Shown piece after piece: positions 12,640-26,397 of a DNA stretch of 64,000 nt. Under the pieces are notes generated by a model that worked only from the letters and a program-made list of their open reading frames with translations, made no database searches and was not told the origin of the DNA. The DNA is from Botryllus schlosseri (Eukaryota), in assembly GCA_051294905.1 (NCBI GenBank), contig CM119386.1, positions 3,968,001 through 4,032,000 on the forward strand, in the 5' to 3' direction. How positions within the stretch are numbered: position 1 is the stretch's first letter; every line of letters starts with the position of its first letter. The translations under genes were made by a program, and so were the position numbers.

Positions 12640-14146
12640 ATCCACTGTCACGGCCACCACGTAGGTATATCTGCAGCGTATATACTGCGTGTTGGATGCA
12701 ATCAATGACAGACGCAACCGACATAGGACCCAGGACCGCAATTTGATCAGTCTTATGGAGGCACTATTTTTCTCGGTACTCAGGTGGTTAAGAGTCGAGC
12801 CCGGCCGATATTAGATTGTTGTGCCGATACCGATATCTTGACACCTTGGTGGTAACACCTTCACCGATAACACCGATATCTACAGCCGATATTCAAATAA
12901 GGTGGAAAGAACAATCGGCGAAAATGAAGCATGTGCCGGTATAGTCGATATGTCAGATCGTGGCCCGATAATCTCGAGCGTATTCATGATGTCATGATTA
13001 CAAACATATTGTATAGCAGTGACTCTTGGAGATACAGAACTTCAATACACAATACGATTATATATACATATTGCCGAGTGTAAGGCGAAAATATTCGGGT
13101 TTAATTCAGTATGAATATATTATTCAACAATGTACCGCATAAGCAAATTTTCGATATCGTACAAACATTGCGACAATATCAAATCTATTTCACAAGTGAA
13201 ATGTTAGGCGAAGACACCTCATCACACAACGCGCCCGCTATCCACCCAAAATAATACCGATACACAAAGCGGCAGCGACTAATAATTTCAAATGCTACGA
13301 ACTGACGCTAAAATTCAAAGCCGCCTGGCTGCGAGAAAGACTGAAGTTGGCGCAGTTTTCTCTCGCGTTGAAATTATCCTCAGTTACCGCTCGTCTCAGC
13401 GGGGCTATCGGAACCAACGAGCTTCTTTTTCTTAAGACCGGGCGATTGTTCGATATATCTTGTCTGACGTGAGCAGAAACTGTCTCCATTCTTTTCGGAC
13501 AGTGAATTAGAATCATACGTGCCATTGAGGGCCTTGGAATATCATGATTGTTAGTTGGTTAATGCGATGTTTATACACATCGCGATTACATCGGGGTTGT
13601 TTCGCTTGATAATTGCCACCCTTCCTCGTATTCATTGAACGCGTCATGACATCTCTTCATCGGGTTTTCGTTTTTACTGCCTAACGTGACTCTGCAAGTT
13701 CCCTCGTAATTAAGGTTCCATCAGTTGCGAAAAAAGATCGGGCAGACCGCGGCGGAATCAGCGGATTTTCATCAGAGCTTCATGTGGAGAATATAATTGT
13801 AGGTGTCGAGGCTGAATTTTTAAACAAGCTATAAAAATATTCCTTATTCGGCTCGCAGGCACTCGGTTGCCCACTCAAGTCGTCAACTGCACCTTCGCGA
13901 ATCATTGAAATATCGTCGAGTGCCTCTTTATGTGTTGACAGAAACGCCTAATGAATTCTATCACTTTGCTGCATTATGTCTGCGGATAACCAGAATTGAA
14001 TTCAAGCGGATATTATAGGAAGGTTAAGAATGTTAGGCAACCTATCTTCATGTCATCATTGAGCATTAACGGTCAAATATCATGTTTTCCAGTAAGTTAC
14101 TGCTAAAAGGGAAGGCAGATTAATTTCAGGTTTGACTTGAAATAGA

Positions 14147-14255
14147 ATGAGTTGTACTTGGGGACCGGCAATGACGGCTGGCCACGGAACGATGAACCAT
14201 CCATTCGCAAGGGGAATGACCCCAACAATGTCATCATTAACGTCATCAAGATCGG
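14147..14255 (+). CDS. Pax2/5/8: Pax2/5/8 coding exon 1 (N-terminal leader)
   Basis: MSCTWGPAMTAGHGTMNHPFARGMTPTMSSLTSSRS, ending in G|GTAAGT (phase 1), which joins exon 2 (G|GC = Gly) in frame. Confidence 0.7.
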
Positions 14256-17200
14256 GTAAGTGCTATTGCGACTTCAACAAAATTTACCTGCATCGTCGAA
14301 TTTACCGAAAATCGAGGTTTTCTTGTAAAATCACGCCCGCCATTTTGGCCAAAAGGCCTGAGTTTCGACGCGACGCACGCGCGTAGCCCAAACGTGCGAT
14401 CGAAAGCCGTGTTTTGGTGAGGACGTGCGAGGTGCAATTCATGGCGTATTATGAAGCGTCACACCAATTGTAATCTGAGAGGCTTAAGGCATTACGAGTC
14501 CCCGGGGATTCGGTCTTTTTGTACGTTCTCAGCTCATTCCAAACTTTTCCACACTATTTCATTGACTCTCAAGGCCCCATGCTGTGGCGAGTAGCGACAT
14601 CTCTTCCGCTCGCTCTGATTCCAACTCCCAGCCAAACATGTCTCTGAGAAACCGCGGGAATCTGGCCGACACGATTTTCACAAATCGTACGACACGGCGC
14701 ATTATGGCAACCTAAAAAATTCCAGTCAACAAACAAGTGCATCGGCTACTGTTACGGTGTGAATAAGAGTTTGGGAAATCAATGTTTCTTGAATACACAA
14801 TACACATTGCTGATTTGTGTTGTAGTTCGGTGAATAAACTGTCAAAAAGTGTACTCGTTTTAAAAGGCGCTCTAATTTCTCTAAATGCCGTTGCGTCCCT
14901 TGCGTCATCTCTCGTAGAGAGAGTGCATGATTCATATCACCGGTAATCTAATTATGCTCACCTTGATTACCTGTCTTGCTGATTGACAACAGTTTCGCGG
15001 GTACCATTAACAGTGATTCGAGAAATACAATTGATGTCGGGAGATTGCAAAACAGTCTTGATAGAGATATTCCTACGAAAGGTTTGCTTACAAGTCTGAC
15101 ACGTAATATTACGGAAGTTTACCTAAATATGTATGCCATGATTTCTCCCTACCCCATTAAGTTAAATGTGTACATCTTTCACAATTATTTGCAGATTTAT
15201 GCCTTATATCTGTTGTAGTGTGGGCAGATAGCCAAAGTGCGCTTATATATCGTCTAATGTCTTCCGGTATATTAAAAAAAAATTACACATCCAGTTATGA
15301 TACATTTATGCTATTAGGTTGATTGCATAGTATCACAGTACTTTTTTACTTCATAATACCTAATTCCTAGACTGCGACTGCAGAATAAATGAGTGGATTA
15401 TGCTGTCGCATGGGGTAGGCCGAAGTAGATAATAACTGATGCTTGTAGATAATTTATACGGAGAATTTGTTATATGTGAGTAGTCACATTTTAATTTTCA
15501 GAAATTCACCAGCCCAGCGTCATCATGATCCTATAAGACGATCTTACGCAAAGCGAAATATTTAATACTGATGTTTGTCACATCAAGGGTCATAACCCCC
15601 TGTTACCCAATTGGTAGGGAAATCTGCTTGGTTTACGGTGATTAGCCACTGAGACTCAATGTTATATGCCTCACTCCGCGTATATCGTTGCAGTGCGTAA
15701 AATAACCGGGATTACATTGGAAAAGGTTATTCACGATGTATCTGACCAAACTAGGCTGCACTGAACAAATCTCATATATTGGTTTGAAATGCCAACCTAC
15801 ACCTAGCGTTTTGCTGTGTTATATGGGTCCAGGAATTGCAAATCAAAACTCATGTGAATGTACCATATGACTTGGCATTTCCAGTGTAAAAGTCCTCTTT
15901 TCATCATCTTCGGCAAAACAAAATTTTCGTGACCCAAGTCTTTATGTCAAACAACCATCTTTTTTTTCGGTACACTTGTGAACATTTTGGAATTTCAGAA
16001 TCCAGAACAACTAGGAAGGGAAATTGTCAACTGTGTCACAATAGGCTACTTATTATTTCGAGCTAAGAAAAAATGTTTTCATATGACCCTCAGTACATAT
16101 TTTATGAAATGTCGAGGGGGCTCTGCGTTATATTTGAAACCAGCAACCTATTAGTATATTCGTGGTCTTTTAAAAGACCATCGCGAGCGGATATGAAGCT
16201 GAGATCGTCACTAGGTCCTCCGCCCTATTACCAAACTAAACAATCCTACATTGAGTCACGGTTTACGGTAAGAACTTTGTCAAGTATAATTGACGAATTG
16301 GACAGGACAAGATATGCGAATAAACGAACAGTTTGAGGGATCGTAAGCTCAACTTATGATGGAACTTGATATATACTTTGGAGGATCAGTAATTATTCAT
16401 TTTGAGAACACGAAAGTCAAGCCGGACAGCTACTTACAATTGTTTGTAGAAGCCTCGCGACCCCTAGGAATTACTATTATAGATCTCGACTGTCGGCTCA
16501 TACCAGCATGTAATGCGTCAAACAGTTTGGTACAATAATTCTCTGATGATGATCACTATATGGCCAAGCGTTAAGACCCCGTCGGTTATAAACAGCACTT
16601 GTCGCCTTCGCATGATTGTTCAAAATAGAACCAGTCAGGCTATATTGCCGAAGATTGCGTTGATTGTACAACAATGAGTGGGTGATGAAGTGCTCTATTG
16701 TGGTAAACGAATTCACTTCATGTTCACTTCATGAAAGTATCGAAAACCGTATCTAAGCCGTTTAAGTTCCTTACAGAATCCACTTGTAAACCACTATTGA
16801 CTGTTGTCAATTATAATTCAACCTCTAACATTTCGATCGCGACAATTGATAACGCGTAGTTCTGGTTACAAAAAGAGGAATATGTTTTTTCAAATAAATT
16901 TTGATCATTTTTCAATTTATCAATATATCATATTCACAAGGACTCAGCCACGATATTGTTTGAAAAAGGAAAGAAAAATTATTTGCCAAAAAAATGATTA
17001 TATCAGTGCAAGAAAAATGGCAGTTTATGGAAAATGGCAAACACTTAAATATTTGGTAGGACACGTCATTCCAAATAAAATATGTATCCTGTGTAGTGAC
17101 TCACCTAATACATGATTTCTCCGATAGATTGATCTACGGCAAATTAGAATCCATGCGTTTTATAGAAGAGTTTGTCATAATAATCTCTCATGATTGTCAG

Positions 17201-18972
17201 TGCTTTCAATGTGGCCGGGTTAATACCAACTAAGTGCGTCTTGCGGAGGAAATTCGTCGTCATTGTGTTGTTAGCTCGATGACTTGGTTGATTCAGCGAT
17301 TCCTTGGATGGGTCCGAGTGCGCTATTGCTCCGGTACTGACTGCCAACTTGATTTGTTTTGAAAGATGTTTGTCTTTTGCCGCATCGCCAATTAATTCAA
17401 TCCGTTCGATTTAATTCATTTGGAACGCCTCCAGCGAATCAGGTCGTAACATCCGTCTCATTATATATGCAGGGATTGTCGGCTCAAGTTTTCGAACTTT
17501 TGTGACGCATATGTCTGCTGCCGAATGTCGCGTAGTAGATGAACGCTGACAGCATCAGCGTATTAATGCACACACTCGCCAAAATGGCGGTTACTACAAA
17601 TTATACGCATCTATATTTCATGTGACCGAATAATAGTTAGTTAGTCTGCCGTTCACGCATCTTAGGCATGATCGACTGAGCTTTGCCTGATCCTTAGGAT
17701 TTTTTCGTAGCCTCTTCTTGTTTGCGTATAATCGAGTGTTCGTTTACTGGTATGTGTACCCACATTTTTCACTACGGCAATATACAAGTATGCGACCAAG
17801 AAACGTGTTCATTTGCTCAATCACAACTGATTTTCCTCATCCTGATATCAGATCTCGTGCCAAGGCTTATCTTAAATTGAGTGTAGAGTACAGTACATAT
17901 TATTTCGATTTACCGAAAAGAAATGTAGTTCCACCTGTATGTCTTTAGCTCCGGAATTCAGAGCTTGGAGTTTGCCCTCACGAATATATCGAATACACAA
18001 CTGCGCGACTGATTAGGCTGGGAATATAACTGAAACGTGACACCGACATCTATTATTGCGATACATGTGCAGAATATGTCGGTCAGGTTTACAGTACGCG
18101 AAACAATCTTTGCCAGTAAATGCCTCTTAAGAATCGGCCGAATAATTCTTCATCGGTCACGCGTGGTCCCGTGATCGGACACGCACATAAAGCGATATCA
18201 ATCCAGGATCTGACACACGATGCCTAATCTTGTATAGGCCTACCTTGCATGGCTGTAACAGTGTAACATGTCAAATGTCCATGGCCTAGAATAGCAGGCT
18301 ATGTCATATCAGATTTGAAATTCGATGCTATCATCTGACAACAAACTTCGGGAATTTTAGTCCACAATTCCCCACATGTTAATATGTGCGTTTATATAGA
18401 CTTGTTAATATTTCTTCATACTCGAATGAATGGCTCGGTATCATTTCCCAGTGATTCTCGCGTTGCTCTTCGCAATTTATCTCGCGCATGTTGCACGCAG
18501 AAGGACTCTCCCAACCATAATTAACGTTGAAATCGGGTTCAAATAGGATCCGTCCAATGCTTACAATCGATCACACCTAACGGTAAAAGAAATGAGCGTT
18601 CCATGTGTAGGGAAGCCATTATTTACGTTAACCAATTGTGTGTTGGTGCATCCTTGTAAGTCCTTGTGTAAGAGGGAGACTGTAGAGAAAATTATATCAC
18701 AGACGATCGCACGAAACGCATGCATACAAAATAATAAGTCAATACCCGCGGTTTTACGGCCGATTAGTTCCGAATGTACACAAACGCACCACACGAGTCA
18801 AGGTTCAATAGTTCCCTGATTGCTAACTCGCGTGCTGTGAAATATCAATAATGCAAAACAGAATGAATCATCGCAAGTCTTGTGCTACTGACAATCACAC
18901 GAATGGTTTATTAACTGCATTTTCTCAGAGGGCTCAATATGATACGTAAATAGTATATCACTTCCTGCACAG

Positions 18973-19138
18973 GCCATGGAGGTATCAACCAGCTGGGCGG
19001 CGTCTACGTCAACGGAAGACCTCTTCCGGATCCGGTGAGACAAACTATTGTCGACATGGCTCATCAAGGAGTAAGACCATGCGACATTGCAAGGCAGTTG
19101 AGAGTATCTCACGGTTGCGTCAGCAAGATTTTGGCCAG
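18973..19138 (+). CDS. Pax2/5/8: Pax2/5/8 exon 2, paired domain PAI subdomain
   Basis: CAG|GC CAT GGA...GCC AG|GT; 166 nt; [56 protein letters not shown]. Missed by the ORF track. Confidence 0.98.
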
Positions 19139-19558
19139 GTACGCTTGTGTAAAACATTTTAAATATTATAAATGATCCTCCTGGATCGATGCAATCATGT
19201 AAATTCGATCTTCGAATTTTTGTTGAAAGAGTGATCGACATTTCAAATCTGCGTGTATACACGACACGATCATTTCATTAACATGGATTATTGCCTTGTG
19301 GGTACGGATTGATATGCTTTTCACCTAGAAGTAATAATTCAATATTTTTGACAATTTTCATCGTAAGCGCTGTATAATTCATAGATACCATACTTTAAAG
19401 AATGTATTTCGAATGAGAAATCGTGATGATTTCACCCATAACAAATCACACGATCCATCTTCATTACCGCGCTCTGTCTAGGACGAGTTGCCAACTCGCC
19501 CGAGACTTGGCCGTAGTACATCCAAAGGCGGATTTATGGAAAATGAATTCCTCATCAG

Positions 19559-19756
19559 GTACTACGAAACGGGTAGCATAAAACCCGGTATCATCGGCGG
19601 AAGCAAACCGAAAGTGGCCACGCCGAAAGTGGTGGATAAAATCTGCGAATACAAAAGGCAGAACCCTACCATGTTTGCTTGGGAGATTCGAGACCGCTTG
19701 CTCCTCGAATGCATTTGTGATTCCGAGAACGTTCCCAGCGTCAGTTCAATAAACAG
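19559..19756 (+). CDS. Pax2/5/8: Pax2/5/8 exon 3, paired domain RED subdomain
   Basis: 198 nt; [66 protein letters not shown]; AG/GT bounded, phase 2-2. The [10 protein letters not shown] motif is of Pax2/5/8 type. Confidence 0.98.
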
Positions 19757-20736
19757 GTACTCCACGAAAAGGTTTTCTTAAGCGCGCTGGGTATATACGG
19801 CGGTATAAACTAAAATTCTCTGGATATTTGAACAGCGCCCATTTCATATACAGAGTAATTTATAACAAGCAAAGCAGCTTCGACCCCACTTTCACCTTAT
19901 TATCCACCATCAAAAGGAGCGCCCCGAAAGCACTAAGCGACATGATTCATGCGCGTTGTTACCAGTACAACCAAAGCATCTAGTCTTGTTGCATCTAATC
20001 CTAGCTCGCTTAAGACCATATTTTAACGCATATACAACGCGATTCTTATCAGCACTGCTCTTGTAGGAATTTATGAAAGCCGCGCCATCGCGCGTGCTGG
20101 TAACCATTCTGATATTTGTTTGAATCAAATTGATGCGCCTCTTCTGGTGGCTTAACCATAATTATTCGCGGCGCGTGCTTTGTGGTTTTTCGCCGTATGT
20201 GTAGTACATTACAAGTAAAACGGAACAGATCTTAATTGGATCTGAAGTGTCTTAAAAAGTTAGTCATGTACCCGCAACTCACCAGAATATTACAAATGAC
20301 TTACCACTCTGGCTAACTTTGGAAATGATTCACCAGCATTCGAATGGTGCTCATGATGCATGGACAATAAGAATAATAGGTAGAGACGAGAATACAAAGA
20401 CTGTTCGGAAGATATTTTAATATCTGAGACTCCGGTCAAAAGCGAAGCATAGGGTAAAATATGAGTAATTTTAAAAATCTCTCTATAGACGAATTTCACA
20501 TGATTATATTTTGTACTTCGTAACGAAGCATCGTGCGTAATGACGGGTGTGCGGAAACTACGGGGTATTCTTTTGACTAAATCCGTGGGCTCATATCAGC
20601 GTAAGAGCTTGCCCCACAATCAACCATGATATTAGGGAGATTTCCGTACCATGATTGTACCTAACATTTCAACTTGGCTATACAATAGCGATGACAGTAA
20701 GTACACAATGAGCGATATGATCCCACCATTCAACAG

Positions 20737-20816
20737 GATAGTGCGCAATAAGGCGGCGGAGAAGTCAAAACACTCTGGGCTCCCACCATCGTTAAACATA
20801 CCGACAACGGCTATGA
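20737..20816 (+). CDS. Pax2/5/8: Pax2/5/8 exon 4 (end of paired domain and linker)
   Basis: CAG|G ATA GTG CGC AAT AAG gives (R)IVRNKAAEKSKHSGLPPSLNIPTTAM; donor GTAAGT at 20817. Confidence 0.92.
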
Positions 20817-20873
20817 GTAAGTAAAACTAATGCCTGCAACCTTACAACTATTACATTAGAAAATGCATTACAG

Positions 20874-21263
20874 GCATGCACCAGAATGGTTGCATCATGG
20901 ACGGAGGGGACTTACGAACGCCGTATTCAATAAACGGAATATTGGGATTACACGGACACTCGCAGGCCGGTCCGATGCCTTTATCAGTACGCATGGCGTT
21001 ACCTGGGACAGTACCTATTCCGTCTGCGACCACGCCTCACCACCAAAGTCAACACCCGCAGTTTGCGATGAAAATGGCCGAGGTGGCGTGCACGGGAAAT
21101 TATCACCCACCTTCTCCAACGCATACCTCGGCCATAGCGAGGTCTGGTACCTCACTCGTCAAGTACCCTCAGCATGTCAAAGAATGTGATATGATGGCCG
21201 TGCCTACATTGGGAATGATAATGCCACACCAAGCTCAGAAAAGGCATATTTTATACCACCAAG
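20874..21263 (+). CDS. Pax2/5/8: Pax2/5/8 exon 5 with octapeptide
   Basis: Follows a 57-nt intron (TACAG|GC); contains the YSINGILG octapeptide; donor G|GTAGG, phase 1. Confidence 0.92.
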
Positions 21264-22779
21264 GTAGGTTATAGTGTTATTCGTGTGGGTGACTGATTTT
21301 GCGACCATCCCCAAGTCTTTTCGGGATAATTGCTTCATATCAACAACGTAGCCAAGTGTGTACTGTGTATTCATGAAGCGTACATAGATGTGCAAATGTC
21401 CAACGATGCTATCGGTCCTCGCAATGGATCATGGCACACGCTGCTATTCTCACTATTTGTAAAACGGGGTTTAATATATATCGGCTTTCGCGATCAAAAG
21501 TGATAAGCGCGTTGTTAATAGGCTTCTTACTGTATAGTCAAGAGAAAATCGCAGCTGGCTGAGTTCCAGACATTTGAGAATTTAGTGGATTAACTTGAAT
21601 CGCTAAGCCAATCCTTGGGTGAACTCACCTTTTGATGAAGCATGCGGAATCTAAGTGCAGCACTCAGCACACGGTAGCATTGAAATATATAAAGGGTTGT
21701 GGCGTCATGGGACATGACGTAATGACTGCTTATAGTGAATACATCCTCCCATCAGTGATGGTGACAAAATCGCAATGACAGGGAATTAGGGATCGTGTCG
21801 TTCTTGTCCTCAGTATCTCTAAATGTTTTCTTTTCGATTCACACGGAAAATCATCGTGACTCCTAAACCTACCACGTTTCCGTGATGTCGTGTTCGCAAA
21901 TTTATATATAAATTTTATTGGTTGAATATAATGTTAGGTTTGGGCGAGGAAGCCATATAGAGAAAGGCGGTATTATCAATAGGCAAATCCGGCATTCCTG
22001 CCCCTTCAGAAACGAAAATTACTGCGATATAAAATGAAATTATCCAACACTAGGGCATGATGGTATTTACTCTGGTCCCGTTTCAGCAATTACCTTTGTT
22101 TGGGGGGAAATAAAACTGAGCCTCTATTAGACCTGTGAAGACCATCTATCGTGTCGAGTGTCATCTCAATATCAGGAACTGGGTCACGTATTAAGACGGA
22201 TAGCGCTTTGATATTCCTTGTAAACCGCCCAGGATTCTAATGCTCGACGATGGCGGAGTATGCATCAAAGATACACATTACACAAATATTTACCACTTTG
22301 CCCCAGATATTGCATATCCCGTCAGACGAAAAAATCTTGTAATGCAAACAAATATACGAAACGCAAAGCAGAGATCCTTTCAGTGTCCTAACAGATTATG
22401 GGCCTTGGAGCAAAATATATGTATTATGTATTACTGTGCAAAATTACATGTATTTTTTAAATAAGCGCATGCGCATTGATGGCGCAATGCAAAAATGAAG
22501 AAGAAAACGGTGATAGGTAGGTATCACCACCATCTGCAAACTGAGTTGTTGAGGTAGCGGTAAGAAACATTACATGATAGTGCATAATCACAGTCCAACG
22601 GCTTACGAAATATTTGAGTTGCGAATTGAAGAAGGATAGCACCGTGCGCGTCGAATAAAACCCCAACGTCCACGCATATGAAACACTGCACAAGTATAGG
22701 CTACACTTGTCCAATGTGCATATGTTTTTGGATTTCAGTATACATATCTAAAACGCACAGCCGGACGTTCGCTACATGA

Positions 22780-22822
<43 letters not shown>
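22780..22822. repeat. Compound microsatellite (TG)n(AG)n
   Basis: Seen directly, in Pax intron 5. Confidence 0.95.
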
Positions 22823-22824
<2 letters not shown>

Positions 22825-25800
22825 TATTAGGTTTCCGCATTACACAGAAATACTGTAACAAAATTAATACCTTGAAAGAACAGTACCGGTTGAACGGTTA
22901 GTACTTTTCCCTCACCATATTAAGATATTCAACAACAAAAAACTGCATAAATATAAATAGAGGAGTTGCGAGGTGCTATATCTAAAAGTAACCTATGCGG
23001 AGACGACAATTTTCAGGTCCGTTATGAGTTTTGGGGAGCCTAATCGACACTGGAACAATTTGCGCCAAGTGTAGACTGAGCAGTTGAGCCACCTATAGAT
23101 GTCAGCAGTACTCCAAACTCCACATCGCACAGATACATGGTAGCGATAGCAATTTATTGACCTGTCGGTATAGCGATGGTGAAAGAGGTTGATTTTTCCT
23201 CAAAATGGCGCCGCGAGATGATTTATCAACGGGGTGGTTTAAGATATAGTACCAAAATCACAATTGTAGCCGTTTTGACGAAACATAGATAGCACTCTAT
23301 ATCAACATATAGTAATTCTGAGGCGTTCACGTGCCATTGGTGTAGGTAGATGACCAACGAAGTGCTGACAAATCAATCGCGAGTTATGAATTTAATGATA
23401 GTTCGTCTTACAGTATAAAACTAATATTCCATTTTTATGATGCTAGATTTGAAGTAATATAATTGTATCTATATAGGCGGGCGAGATAGTTATTCATGCA
23501 CGCATACTCTGCATTATGAATCGTTTTAATGCACGGCAGTTATAACGCGAAAATCTGAAACACGAATAGGTATTGTCGATGACCAACACGGAAAAACATC
23601 AGTGCCAACATATATATGGTGCAATAAAATTGTTTCAGAAATAGACAGCCAAATAATTCCGTAAATGTTGTCTGCTATGGACACCACAACATTGGAGCAT
23701 TTGAAGCTATACTTTGACTGTTCTGAAGTGCTATTTGGTATCTGAACGTAGACATGTCTCACTCAAGGGAGAATATCTCAATCGTATTTTAATTTTGACA
23801 AAACTCGTATAAGGTGTTATCCCAATACCTTTCGTGCGATCTTAAAAATATTTATATCGACAACGGCCTGCATGGTCCAATCGTGTTGGATTACGTGAAA
23901 TGTGTTTGATTTGAATGGATTTCTCGCAAATGTAGCATGTGGAGTGTACGTTGTGGTAATTAAGAAGAATAAGTGTATCGTCATCGAATTTACAAGTAAA
24001 CCAGAATTTTCACATAACTCATATTCGAATGATTCATACGTGTATCGTTGTATATAGCCTACAGAAATTTCAGCTCGCTCACAATGAGAAACTATGGTGC
24101 CAAACTCTCCCTCCATATACTGTCGGTTGGGCAAGATTGTCGTCCAGTGTTCACATCCGTAATAAACAAATGAGCTGCGGCGCAGCGAGAGGTCAAACCA
24201 GCACCAACAATTATAGTTTGACGTTTGAACTCTGATTTTTTTTCTATACATCACGAGTTTAACGCTACAAATCATCGATGGCATCTACTGCATCCACACT
24301 CTCTCACCATCCTCCCAGAAATTCGGTCATAATATTTTCCGTGCGTGATAGAACTGTATTATTGGTTTCGTAATTCATAGTTTTCATTCCATCAGTCATG
24401 TTAGGTTAACGGATATAATCAGGAGAATTGTCGCCACAAACCAAACTATTTCCGTCTTCCGTAAGTTCATTCTACATTACGTGAATATCGAATTAAATTT
24501 TCAGTGCGATATCAATATACACCAGCGCTGGGTGCGAACGCATGAACTTATGGGCATAACGTGACCATGGATCTACTAAAATTTTGCCAACAGGTTTTTA
24601 GATTAGAACACCCTGTGATAAGAGACATTTCTCTAAGTCACGTTGTATCAGTGACATCTTGCGAAGTGCACCAAGCGTACCCCGATTAATGATTATTACT
24701 TCGCCAGTTATGCAGATTGCAGAAAGGCTTACCCATATACCACTTCTATCGCACCAAAATTCAGAGGATTCCGATAAGGAGGTGTAAGATCTGTCAATTT
24801 AAATTAACGTACATTTAGACATGTACGAACAGTACATTTGCCTAGAATTAGCGGTGTGACGTCATTGATTATTGTCCATGTCCACACGAGCCAGAACCTT
24901 TCAGAGTATCGCACCATGCGAAGTCAGACATCCTCGATATGTTCGTATGTATGCGTTTCCGTTAAACTTACCACAATCACCTGTATGCTGGAAAGAAATC
25001 CAGATGTCCATGCCTCAAGTATTTCCGAAGATGCTCATTTAAGCATATCAAGTATGCGGAGTAATTCGGATTAAAAAGAAATACCATAAATAAGAACTTA
25101 CGTTGAGAACAATGAGAAGGGGCAAACAAGGAACTCATATTAATACCTTTCCTACTAGGTAATAGCCCTCATCACAAGCCCAAGCAGGTACTTGATGGTA
25201 TATGCTTTCAAAGCCCGTTAGCAAAGGTAGCAGCACATTCGATTTCCAGCACCTTTTATGTGTTTTCTTTATGCACCTCTATATACGGCGCGAAGTAAGA
25301 ATACAGCAACGATTCATAGTCTATTTTCTAGCTAAAGAGAATGTTATCGTAGGCTTTATATCATTTCCATACGCATCCATTGAACTAACCAGTTTTTTAC
25401 AACTTCAGGAGACAGGAACTATAACTAAATAGCCTATATAAATCATTGCAAATACATATAGAGAGATTTGATGAGAAAAACAAATTCATATAGGTATAAT
25501 ATTTACGGCACACTAACCCTGGATTTATGGTTGAAGATGTTGGCAGTCAGTCAGATTCTATTACCTACCTGATTACACTAATCGACAGGGAGAGGCATAT
25601 GTAAAAATACAGCATTTTCCCATTCTCGACGACACCCTAACCACATTACATTAGCCGGAAACTCTTCCATGTGCATCGAAATGCACCTTATTTCATTTGG
25701 AGGTCACTCGAAATTAGAGAAATATCTTGCCAGCGATACATATAATTCAGTCCCAGAGGCTCGAATGATAGACTCATCCAGTTTTAACTTGAATTAGTTC

Positions 25801-26236
25801 CAATGACCGGTTCTATTCTGCCTCGGTTTGTGATTTCGCACAATGCTTAATTATGTATAAGGAGATGATTTCAATATCATGCGAACAGCGCCATTTTCCT
25901 TCATTGCCTGTAATCTGAGAACAGATAAAGACGTGCTATTTTTTCTTCAAGACGTGTCCTGCTCTTAATGTTGCGCCATCTGATGGTGCTTTTATTTCTA
26001 ATATATCACTTCAAGATCTACGCCACGACTGGGTAAATTGGCCCGGCAATTACGCTCTGAATTACGTACCGAAAAATCGATGACAGCTTGTCGGCATTGT
26101 CGAACAAGTGCCTCAATATGGTGCGACGCTTTTGTGTCGTAGTCTTGAACATTTGGAATGAAACTGACATGTACAAAATTGTTTTTGAAGCCTTTCAAAT
26201 CTACTCAATTTACATATTTCACGCTACGGTCTACAG

Positions 26237-26397
26237 ATGGCACGTACGATCACGGACAACTCTCTGTACTGAGCAGAACAGCGGAAGAAATTACTTCATC
26301 AGGGGATGATCTACATCCACAAAGTCAAGCATTGCCGTTAAGCTCACGACACAACGCGATATACGGAAACCATTCACGATTAGTGAACACTCCGCAG
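26237..26397 (+). CDS. Pax2/5/8: Pax2/5/8 exon 6
   Basis: CTACAG|AT...CCG CAG|GTATGA; phase 1 in, phase 0 out; DGTYDHGQLSVLSRTAEEITSSGDDLHPQSQALPLSSRHNAIYGNHSRLVNTPQ. Confidence 0.8.

Noticed and set aside
13295-13800. Divergent minus-strand gene upstream of Pax
   Set aside because: GC-richer sequence with one short spliceable frame containing KKKK, but neighbouring frames have stops and no coherent model could be built.
20863-21189. 108-aa overlapping ORF in another frame of Pax exon 5
   Set aside because: No motif and no compatible splice phase. Off-frame and antisense ORFs (e.g. 19562, 43562, 43848, 44089) are expected shadows of real CDS.
24029-24235. Candidate extra Pax exon in intron 5
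   Set aside because: Both nearby acceptors hit TGA within a few codons in the required phase 1, and exon 5 joins exon 6 directly in frame.
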